From: Patescibacteria group bacterium
GTDB lineage: Bacteria; Patescibacteriota; Minisyncoccia; Phycocordibacterales; SBAW01
Assembly: GCA_028871115.1 (NCBI GenBank)
Contig: JAGWOD010000003.1
Coordinates: 103-64,102, forward strand
Direction: 5' to 3'
DNA: 64,000 nucleotides
Of the stretch, positions 28,725-36,116 are shown one piece after another. The first letter of the stretch is position 1, and each line of letters starts with the position of its first letter. The notes under the pieces were generated by a model, which was given only the letters and a program-made list of their open reading frames with translations, was not told the origin of the DNA and did not search any database. A program made the position numbers and the translations under genes.

Positions 28725-28913
28725 ATATACGGCACAGTAGCATAAAAATGGCTCAAATGCAGGATAAAATACAAAATAAGAAAATATTTAGTCAATCTTT
28801 TTCTGCTTTAAGGCTCTATTGCAAGGTTTTTTTGAGATTTTATACTGGAGAGCACGGGTTCCCCCACAGGAGCCATAGCGTTTTTAACAATTATCCATAG
28901 CGTATATATTCAC

Positions 28914-29186
28914 ATGAACAAGCAGGATATAGCGGAGAAGGTGCAGGGAGTGCTCGGTTCTACTAAAGCGGACGCCGAGCGCGCCGTTGAAGCAATGATA
29001 GATGCCGTTGTCGGTGGGCTCAAGAAGGGCGACGAAGTTTCGATCGCGGGACTCGGTATCTTCAAGACAAAGATGCGCGCGGCTCGAACCGCACGCAATC
29101 CGCGCACCGGAGCTTCCGTCCAGGTTCCGGCCATGCGCGTTCCTAAATTCCAGGCTGCAAAGGCTCTCAAAGACGCGGTAAAATAA
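28914..29186 (+). CDS. hup: HU family DNA-binding protein
   Basis: MNKQD..., GLGIF and ARTARNPRTG motifs. Confidence 0.96.
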   Translation: MNKQDIAEKVQGVLGSTKADAERAVEAMIDAVVGGLKKGDEVSIAGLGIFKTKMRAARTARNPRTGASVQVPAMRVPKFQAAKALKDAVK

Positions 29187-29196
29187 TCCGCCTCTC

Positions 29197-29224
29197 AAAA
29201 AACGCCCCACACGGGGCGTTTTTT
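29197..29224. terminator. Bidirectional terminator (HU / tRNA-Gly)
   Basis: AAAAAACGCCCC-ACAC-GGGGCGTTTTTT. Confidence 0.8.
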
Positions 29225-29231
29225 GTTTGTG

Positions 29232-29302
29232 TGCGGGATGGGAGAATCGAACTCCCAACTTCAGTTTGGAAAACTGACGTTTTGCCACTAAACTAATCCC
29301 GC
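29232..29302 (-). tRNA. tRNA-Gly (TCC), CCA not encoded
   Basis: Cloverleaf GCGGGAT...ATCCCGCA, anticodon arm TCAGT-TTTCCAA-ACTGA, T-loop TTCGATT. Confidence 0.95.
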
Positions 29303-29385
29303 AATTCCACTACGGTAGCAGGATGATCTTCCGATAGCAATACATTTTCATTCCCCGGACAGCCTCAGCGGAGTATAGTTGGAAA

Positions 29386-30522
29386 ATGCATTGGTGGGGC
29401 AGTTTCTCTTTATTTTCCTTCCTAAAATGGATAGGCTCTATATTCCTTGCAACTGAGGCACTCTTTGGCTTACACCATCAGGTAAGTACCCCTCCCGCAG
29501 GAGTAACTATAAGCACTCGACCGATACAAAAGATCGCCCAAATTGTAGCCACTACGACGTCTATAAAGGCAAAAAAGAGCCCCGCTAGCAGGGTAGAAAC
29601 GCCTATCGTCGTATCCGCTTCCTCAAGCGTGGCGGTATCGACTATCCTCTCTTCACCCCCATCCATTGATCCAGAGCTTCTCAATGAAGAGGCGCGTGCC
29701 GCGGTCGTGAATATCCTCTGCACGACAGGAGGTGGAGGCTATTTTGAACCTATAAGCGCGAGCGGGACTATTATTGATCCTCGTGGGGTCATTCTTACCA
29801 ATGCTCACGTGGGACAGTATTTTCTCCTGCGCAACTATCCAATACCCGATAATGTAAACTGCGAAATACGTACGGGAAGCCCTGCGCAGGCAAGCTATTC
29901 TGCGGAACTCCTCTATCTACCGTCGGAGTGGGTTGCGGCCAACGCATCCCAAATCACCTCATCGGAGCCTGTAGGCACGGGTCAATACGACTACGCCCTG
30001 CTTCTCATAACCGGTTCGCTCAACTCCAACACTCCCCTGCCCTCATCATTCCCGTATCTAGAGCCAAACGCTTCTGACCCTGATGTAGGCGACGAAATGC
30101 TTCTCGCTTCTTATCCTGCGAGCTTCCTTGGAGGCATCGCCATCCAAAGCCACTTATATCTTTCAACTGCCTATGCTACTGTCTCAAAACTCTACGTCTT
30201 CGATACCGCCGACCAGTGGGTCGATCTTTTCTCCGTACCTGGAACTGTAGTATCCCAGAGCGGATCATCCGGAGGTGCTGTTGTACGAGCAAGCGACGGA
30301 ACACTTGCTGGAATCATAGTGACTTCTACTCAAGCGACTTCTACAGAAGGACGCGATTTACGGGCGGTTTCCCTAGCACATATTGATCACAATCTTGAAA
30401 GTGATGGCCTTGGGGATATAAATTCATTTCTCTCGGGAAATTTACAAACGAAAGCATTTATATTCAATCAGACAACGGCTCCTGTCCTTGAACAGGAGCT
30501 CGTAAATGCCATTAATTCATAA
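29386..30522 (+). CDS. Membrane-anchored trypsin-like serine protease (no PDZ)
   Basis: LTNAHV (His), YDYALL (Asp) and GSSGG (Ser) triad motifs, with an N-terminal hydrophobic segment. Confidence 0.85.
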   Translation: MHWWGSFSLFSFLKWIGSIFLATEALFGLHHQVSTPPAGVTISTRPIQKIAQIVATTTSIKAKKSPASRVETPIVVSASSSVAVSTILSSPPSIDPELLNEEARAAVVNILCTTGGGGYFEPISASGTIIDPRGVILTNAHVGQYFLLRNYPIPDNVNCEIRTGSPAQASYSAELLYLPSEWVAANASQITSSEPVGTGQYDYALLLITGSLNSNTPLPSSFPYLEPNASDPDVGDEMLLASYPASFLGGIAIQSHLYLSTAYATVSKLYVFDTADQWVDLFSVPGTVVSQSGSSGGAVVRASDGTLAGIIVTSTQATSTEGRDLRAVSLAHIDHNLESDGLGDINSFLSGNLQTKAFIFNQTTAPVLEQELVNAINS

Positions 30523-30534
30523 GGTTTTTACTCT

Positions 30535-30605
30535 TCGGGCCGCTGGGAATCGAACCCAGTCTACCTGCTCCCAAAGCAGGCGTACTACCGGTATACGACG
30601 GCCCG
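30535..30605 (-). tRNA. tRNA-Pro (TGG), CCA not encoded
   Basis: CGGGCCG...CGGCCCGA, anticodon arm CCTGC-TTTGGGA-GCAGG. Confidence 0.95.
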
Positions 30606-30606
30606 G

Positions 30607-30927
30607 TGTCCTTTAAAATATCGGACATTTTTGGAGTATAGCAAGAAAACAAAGGAAAAGATAAAAAACCATTAAAAATAAACAAAAATATCTTCATATA
30701 TGTTCTCTAAAAAATTAAAAATGCTTCGCGTGAAATAGGACAAAATTAGAACTAATACTAAATCTCAACAGGTTATCCATAGGATTTATACAATGAAAAC
30801 ATGTTCATTTTTATATTTCACGTGAAAATTGTTACGTTAGTAACGTATGTAACCATTAAAAACATGGTTAAGCCATAAAAGACACAAAATTATGTCCTTT
30901 ATACACATGTACACACACTTATCCACA
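30607..30927. promoter_or_regulatory. AT-rich protein-binding array: parS-like palindromes, DnaA boxes and TAWARGACA repeats
   Basis: TGCTTCGCGTGAAATA (30722), TATTTCACGTGAAAAT (30814), TTATCCATA (30773), TTATCCACA (30919), and TGTCCTTTA at 30607 and 30893. Confidence 0.55.
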
Positions 30928-30981
30928 CCACTTCTAACGATGAAAAACCCTAAAAACAGAGCTCTAGATCTTTATCTCAAG

Positions 30982-31052
30982 TGCGGATAGGGAGAATCGA
31001 ACTCCCACCTCGTCCTTGGCAAGGACGCGTCCTACCACTAAACGATATCCGC
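30982..31052 (-). tRNA. tRNA-Gly (GCC), CCA not encoded
   Basis: GCGGATA...TATCCGCA, anticodon arm CGTCC-TTGCCAA-GGACG. Confidence 0.95.
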
Positions 31053-31095
31053 GATGTAGGTATAGTAGCTTAAATTCACACTTTTGCTAACCATT

Positions 31096-31168
31096 CGCGC
31101 CCGGCAGGACTCGAACCCACAACCCCCTGGTCCGAAGCCAGGTGCTCTATCCATTGAGCTACGGGCGC
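31096..31168 (-). tRNA. tRNA-Arg (TCG), CCA not encoded
   Basis: GCGCCCG...CGGGCGCG, anticodon arm CCTGG-CTTCGGA-CCAGG. Confidence 0.93.
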
Positions 31169-31212
31169 ACGGGACAATCTTACGACAAAGAAGGGGAATC
31201 TGCTAAGATTAC

Positions 31213-32688
31213 GTGGTGAAAATCGAAAAAAATAATATACCGCAAGCAGTTTTGAACGTTACAGAAACGATAGAAAATGGCGGATTTGAAGCATATATCG
31301 TCGGGGGATGTACTAGAGATCTCCTCATCGGTCGTACCCCAAAAGATTGGGACGTCACTACCAACGCTAATCCAGAAGAGATCCAAAAACTCTTCGAAAA
31401 CACCTTTTATACCAATGAATTTGGCACCGTAGGTGTCGTACAAGAACAAGAAGAGAAGTCTCTACAGGTTATTGAAGTAACCCCCTACCGTACAGAAGGA
31501 AAATATACCGATGCACGGCGGCCAGATTCTGTTGCATGGGCAAAAACCATACAAGAAGACCTAAAACGGCGTGACTTTACAATCAACGCCTTCGCATATC
31601 GACCAAAAACAAATGAGTTTATCGATGAATTCGATGGAGAAAAAGACTTGAAAAATAAGGTTATTTCTGCAGTAGGGGATCCCCATGAGCGTTTCACAGA
31701 GGATGCCTTACGTATTTTGCGTGCCGTACGTATTTCAGCGGAACTCGATTTCGCCATAGAGGAAAAGACAAAAATCGCAATGTCCGAGCAAGCTCCTCAA
31801 CTTGGAAAAATTTCAAAAGAACGCATCAGGGATGAATTTATACGGATCTTGAATTCAGCAAAGCCCATGAAAGCTTTGTTACTTGCTCAGAGCTTGAACA
31901 TTTTGTCCTTTATAGCTCCCGAACTTGAGGAGGGGATAGGGGTGGAACAAAACCAGGCCCATAAATATACAGTATTTGAACACAATCTTCGTACGCTCCA
32001 ACATGCTGCTGATAAAGATTGGCCTTTCGACGTAAGATTGGCCGGTTTGTTTCACGATATTGGAAAGCCTAAGGTACGACAATGGTCAGATGAAAAGAAA
32101 GACTGGACATTTCATGGACATGACGTGGTTGGTGCTCGCATAGCGAAAAAGCTCCTTAAAAACCTGCACTTTCCACGTGAAACAATCGATAAGGTTGAAA
32201 AAATGGTCCGGTGGCACATGTTCTTTTCCGATCCAGAAAAAGTTACACTCTCAGCTGTGCGCCGCATCATACGAAACGTTGATAAGGAAAATATAGAAGA
32301 TCTTGTAAAGCTGCGTATATGCGATCGAATAGGAACAGGAAGGCCAAAAGAACAACCGTTTCGTCTTAGAAAGTACCATTCTATGATTGCTCAAGCGCTA
32401 CGGGATCCAATTACCGTTGGCATGCTAGAGATCGATGGGGGAGCACTCATGAAAATCACTGGAGAGAAGCCTGGACCGCGTCTAGGATGGATCCTGCATG
32501 CACTTCTTGAAGAGGTCCTTGATGATCCATCAAAAAATACATTAGAGCATCTTGAAGAAAGGGCTAAGGAACTTGCGGCACTTCCTGATACAAAACTCAA
32601 ATCTTTTGGTGAATCCGGAAAAGAGCGGAAAAATGAGGCGGAAGAGGAAAATCTAAAGGAAATACGTAAAAAATACTTTGTAGATTAA
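31213..32688 (+). CDS. cca: CCA tRNA nucleotidyltransferase with HD domain
   Basis: VGGCTRD..DWDV, RRDFTINA, EDALRILRA, ERIRDE and FHDIGKP motifs. Confidence 0.92.
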   Translation: MVKIEKNNIPQAVLNVTETIENGGFEAYIVGGCTRDLLIGRTPKDWDVTTNANPEEIQKLFENTFYTNEFGTVGVVQEQEEKSLQVIEVTPYRTEGKYTDARRPDSVAWAKTIQEDLKRRDFTINAFAYRPKTNEFIDEFDGEKDLKNKVISAVGDPHERFTEDALRILRAVRISAELDFAIEEKTKIAMSEQAPQLGKISKERIRDEFIRILNSAKPMKALLLAQSLNILSFIAPELEEGIGVEQNQAHKYTVFEHNLRTLQHAADKDWPFDVRLAGLFHDIGKPKVRQWSDEKKDWTFHGHDVVGARIAKKLLKNLHFPRETIDKVEKMVRWHMFFSDPEKVTLSAVRRIIRNVDKENIEDLVKLRICDRIGTGRPKEQPFRLRKYHSMIAQALRDPITVGMLEIDGGALMKITGEKPGPRLGWILHALLEEVLDDPSKNTLEHLEERAKELAALPDTKLKSFGESGKERKNEAEEENLKEIRKKYFVD

Positions 32689-32738
32689 GGTTTAAATCAG
32701 TTGTCCTATAGTTATCCACATAAAATGTCTTTTACAAC

Positions 32739-32768
32739 TTGTAAAGGACATCTAAAGGACATTATAAT
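32739..32768 (+). promoter_or_regulatory. Sigma70-type promoter of the orphan ncRNA, overlapped by TAAAGGACA repeats
   Basis: TTGTAA-18-TATAAT. DnaA box TTATCCACA at 32712. Inverted repeat ATGTCTTTTACAA-C-TTGTAAAGGACAT. Confidence 0.6.
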
Positions 32769-32774
32769 ATCCTA

Positions 32775-33043
32775 CAGAAACGGCTAAGACTCTTGCCCTG
32801 GTGTCTTAAATCGTGTGCCCAGTAACGGGCCCTGATGCCGAAACAGTTCTTTGGAGTTAGGCCAACTCGTTAAGTGCCAATTTCCAGAACTCAATTTTTC
32901 TGTTCGCTAGTTAGCACGGTTAACCTCCAATAACTACGTGGAGCTAGTGGTGCAACCGTACTACTGAACAGATTCCTTCCAAAGCGAAGTCTGGAGATGG
33001 GGCGCAAGCCCCTGACGTGTCTCCATTTGTCGGGGGCTTTTTT
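32775..33043 (+). ncRNA. Orphan structured ncRNA, 6S RNA-like rod (candidate ssrS)
   Basis: Has its own promoter and a + strand terminator (GCCCCTGAC/GTCGGGGGC-TTTTTT) and no long ORF. Nested pairings from 32852 to 33025 form a ~175-nt rod with a central bubble. Confidence 0.55.
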
Positions 33044-33054
33044 ATTTCAAAAAA

Positions 33055-33852
33055 TTAGATACTAAGTTCGATGGAGACGGGGCAGTGGTCCGATCCCATG
33101 ATTTCCGGATGGATTTGTGCCTTTTTTACTTTCGATACGAGCCGTTTTGACACAAAGAAATAGTCTATACGCCAGCCAATATTACGCGCCCGGGCATTAG
33201 CCCAATGGGTCCACCACGTGTAATGTCCTCCTCCTTTCGTGAAAATACGGAAACTGTCAGTAAAACCCGCTTCGATAATCCGATCGATACCCTGACGCTC
33301 CTCTTTAGTGAATCCGTGCTCGCCCTCGTTCTGTTTTGGATTTGCAAGATCCTCGGGCGTATGGGCGACATTGAGATCACCACAAAAAACAACTGGTTTT
33401 TTTGCATCCAACTCCTTTATGTATGCAAGAAATGCAGGATCCCACTGTTTATATCGAAATAAAAGTCGAGAGAGATCGGGTTTTGCATTCGGCGTGTATA
33501 CGTTCACAACAAAGATGTCGGGATATTCCAGAGTAATAACACGTCCTTCAGAGTTTGAATCGCCGTAGCGGTCTTCGCTAAGTTTAAATTTCTTTGACAG
33601 CTTCTCCGGAAGATCATGCTGAATACTAAGCGGCTGTTCTTTGCTGAACACTGCCGTGCCGCTGTAGCCTTTTTTATGTGCGCTATTCCAATACTCCTTG
33701 TAGTCTGGAAGATCTATTTCGCTCTCATGTTCTAGAGCTTTCGTTTCCTGTAAGCAAAGAATGTCGGGCTTGAATTTCTCGACAAAAGGAACAAAAAGTC
33801 CCTTGCCGTGAACTGAGCGTACCCCGTTAACATTCCAAGAAACAAGCTTCAT
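33055..33852 (-). CDS. xth: Exodeoxyribonuclease III / AP endonuclease
   Basis: SWNVNG, CLQETK, GDLNVAH, WRIDY and SDHCP motifs. Confidence 0.96.
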   Translation of the reverse strand: MKLVSWNVNGVRSVHGKGLFVPFVEKFKPDILCLQETKALEHESEIDLPDYKEYWNSAHKKGYSGTAVFSKEQPLSIQHDLPEKLSKKFKLSEDRYGDSNSEGRVITLEYPDIFVVNVYTPNAKPDLSRLLFRYKQWDPAFLAYIKELDAKKPVVFCGDLNVAHTPEDLANPKQNEGEHGFTKEERQGIDRIIEAGFTDSFRIFTKGGGHYTWWTHWANARARNIGWRIDYFFVSKRLVSKVKKAQIHPEIMGSDHCPVSIELSI

Positions 33853-33872
33853 ACGATGCTCACTAGCATAGC

Positions 33873-34778
33873 TTATTTTCTCCTTTTTCCATGGAACGCT
33901 CTATGCACTTCGCGGAGGTGTTTGTCTGTGATGTGTGTGTAGACTTGTGTTGTCGCAATATTTGAGTGGCCAAGAAGCGCTTGCACACTTCGAAGATCGG
34001 CCCCATTTTCAAGAAGATCCGTTGCAAAAGAATGCCTAATGACATGCGGAGTAACTTTCTTTGTGATACCCGCCTTCACGGCATAGCGCTTCACAAGTCG
34101 CTCAACTGAACGGGGAGTGAGCCGGAGATCTTTTGTAGCTTTTACATTTTTCCCCAACTGGGCAAAGAGCGCTTCATCTACATCGCCACGTTTATTCAGA
34201 TACTCTTTTATTGTCCTCTTTGCGGCAGGGGAGAGAAAGACGACCCGTACTTTCTCACCCTTACCGCGTACCGAGAACTCCTCACGGGAGAGATCGAGAT
34301 CCCGATTGAGTGAGCAGAGTTCAGATACGCGTAAGCCGGTCGAGAATAAAAGCTCAAGAATTGCTCGATCGCGCAGCGCAGAGAGAGATGAGCCGCTTGG
34401 AGTCTTCATGAGTCGGTTAAGCTCCTCTGAAGAAATAAGGTCGAGGTCTCGTGCTCCGACTTTTGCAAGTTCGATTCGTTCAGGAGAAAGAGATTCAATG
34501 CCGCGTTTGCGCAGGAATTTCAAAAATGCACGCAGGGCGATCAGATAGTAGTTTTGAGTCTTAAGTTTAAGATTTTGTGAAACGCCGGGCTGGCGGTTGA
34601 GATAGAGTCGAAACTGTCTGACTGATTCCTCACTAATACGGGAAGGGGAGGTAAGCGTAGAGTACGCAAGATAGCGGCTAAGATAGCGATCATAATTCTC
34701 GATAGTCTTGAGACTTCGTCCTCGTTCAATCTCAAGGTATTCGAGAAATTGATTCTTGAGCTCTTTAAGATTCGACAC
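33873..34778 (-). CDS. xerC: XerC/XerD-family tyrosine recombinase
   Basis: TGLRVSEL, GKGEK, HVIRHSFAT and LGHSNIATTQVY motifs. GTG start at 34778 has TGtTACAAT 7 nt upstream. Confidence 0.88.
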   Translation of the reverse strand: MSNLKELKNQFLEYLEIERGRSLKTIENYDRYLSRYLAYSTLTSPSRISEESVRQFRLYLNRQPGVSQNLKLKTQNYYLIALRAFLKFLRKRGIESLSPERIELAKVGARDLDLISSEELNRLMKTPSGSSLSALRDRAILELLFSTGLRVSELCSLNRDLDLSREEFSVRGKGEKVRVVFLSPAAKRTIKEYLNKRGDVDEALFAQLGKNVKATKDLRLTPRSVERLVKRYAVKAGITKKVTPHVIRHSFATDLLENGADLRSVQALLGHSNIATTQVYTHITDKHLREVHRAFHGKRRK

Positions 34779-34924
34779 ACAAGAAATTGTAACACTAGAG
34801 AAGAGTCGCACAATATTTTTCTTGCAGTAAACTCAAAAAAGTTTTAAGTTTTTGGAAATATTTTCTTTATCATGGGCTACCGCAGCCTCTTGCTAAACGC
34901 TCAAGCCTGTGATACGATATAAAC

Positions 34925-35191
34925 ATGCTGACGAAGCGAAAGAAGACTGCAACGGTTAAAGAAGCAGGTATACATGAGAAGGACACGGGTTCGCCTGAGG
35001 TCCAAATTGCCCTCCTTTCTAAGCGAATAGATGAGCTCACCACTCATCTCCGAAAGCACGGCAAAGATAAGCATTCTCGCCGAGGGCTTCTCCAGATGGT
35101 CGCCAATCGACGCACACATTTGAAATATCTCGAAGGAAACGATAAGAAGCGCTATAACGCAATTGTCCGTAAACTTAACCTCAAGAAATAA
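34925..35191 (+). CDS. rpsO: 30S ribosomal protein S15
   Basis: DTGSPEVQIA and KDKHSRRGL motifs. Confidence 0.98.
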   Translation: MLTKRKKTATVKEAGIHEKDTGSPEVQIALLSKRIDELTTHLRKHGKDKHSRRGLLQMVANRRTHLKYLEGNDKKRYNAIVRKLNLKK

Positions 35192-35352
35192 GCTCCAGAG
35201 GAGGCGTGAAACAAAATAGCCTCCCAGGACGTATACTACTGTAGGGTCTTCGTGCGTTTTTCATGCGGTTCATGCTTCTTTAGTGTATATAGTTCCCTGT
35301 CAGTGTAACGTTTTCCGTCCGTAGGACGGTCCTAACCAATAGTTTTATTTAT

Positions 35353-35955
35353 ATGGCTATCATCAAACATAAAAGCCAGCGTGTCGGCATTTTCATAGAT
35401 ACGCAAAATCTTTATCATAGTGCGAAGAATCTCTATCACTCCAAGGTTAATTTCGGCCAGGTTGTGAAGGAAGCGCTTGCAGGTCGAGTACTTATACGGG
35501 CTGTCGCGTATGTCATTCGAACTGAATCTGAAGAAGAAAAGGGGTTTTTCGAAGCCCTTAATAAACTCGGCATCGAGACCCGGGTGAAGGATATCCGCAT
35601 CTTCGCTGGAGGCGCTAAAAAGGCGGATTGGGATATCGGCATGGCAATTGACGCTATCTCCATGGGTCACAAACTCGATACCGTTGTCCTTGCAACAGGC
35701 GATGGCGATTTCACGCCGCTCATTGAATATCTTAAGTTCACCTATGGAGTACAAGTTGAAGTTATCGCGTTCGGTAAGAGCGCCGCAACTCAACTCAAGG
35801 AAGCGGCGGATGATTTTATCGATATGGGCGACAATCCAAAGAATTACCTTATTGGCTATCGCGGCGGGGGACGTTGGTTCAATACAACCGCCGAAGAAAC
35901 CGAAAAGGGGGAAACCGACCCTGCAATCGAAATGTCGGGGGAACCTGAGAATTAA
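35353..35955 (+). CDS. NYN/LabA-DUF88 (PIN-like) domain protein
   Basis: FIDTQNLY, KADWDIGMAID and TGDGDF acidic motifs. Confidence 0.88.
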   Translation: MAIIKHKSQRVGIFIDTQNLYHSAKNLYHSKVNFGQVVKEALAGRVLIRAVAYVIRTESEEEKGFFEALNKLGIETRVKDIRIFAGGAKKADWDIGMAIDAISMGHKLDTVVLATGDGDFTPLIEYLKFTYGVQVEVIAFGKSAATQLKEAADDFIDMGDNPKNYLIGYRGGGRWFNTTAEETEKGETDPAIEMSGEPEN

Positions 35956-35976
35956 TTTTCCATCCTTCTATTGCCC

Positions 35977-36013
35977 GAAAACCCCTGCAACATTGCCGCA
36001 GGGGTTTTCTTTT
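35977..36013 (+). terminator. Intrinsic terminator
   Basis: GAAAACCCCTGC...GCAGGGGTTTTC followed by TTTT. Confidence 0.75.
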
Positions 36014-36040
36014 GTTACAGTTTTACTGTTATCCATAATC

Positions 36041-36104
36041 GCGAAGCGCGCGGATAGGTAGGTTTCAAACGTTTTGTTTGAAATCTGAAATTCGCGGGTT
36101 TCGC
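36041..36104 (+). promoter_or_regulatory. Long hairpin in the pnp 5' leader
   Basis: Nested stems GCGAAGC/GTTTCGC, CGCGGA/TTCGCG and AGGTTTCAAAC/GTTTGAAATCT, ending 12 nt before the ATG. Confidence 0.65.
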
Positions 36105-36116
36105 ACCTCACCAACA

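Noticed and set aside
30607-30960. AT-rich spacer as the main oriC or as a dif site
   Set aside because: It has only two DnaA boxes and no clear 28-bp dif match. The dnaA-dnaN gap has the better origin architecture.
32832-32845. Hammerhead-like CTGATG..GAAA in the orphan RNA
   Set aside because: It lacks the complete CUGANGA core, stem II and a matching stem III/cleavage triplet.
32868-32914. tmRNA-like tag frame (TTAAGT GCC AAT ... ANFQNSIFLFAS*)
   Set aside because: No tRNA-like domain (GGGG 5' end, TTCGA T-loop, CCA acceptor) was found nearby and the rod fold explains the region better. Only cmsearch can fully exclude it.
33873-34778. Tyrosine recombinase as a prophage/ICE integrase near the tRNAs
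   Set aside because: It has XerC/D-like length and motifs with housekeeping neighbours. No tRNA 3'-end duplication (att) or cargo was found.
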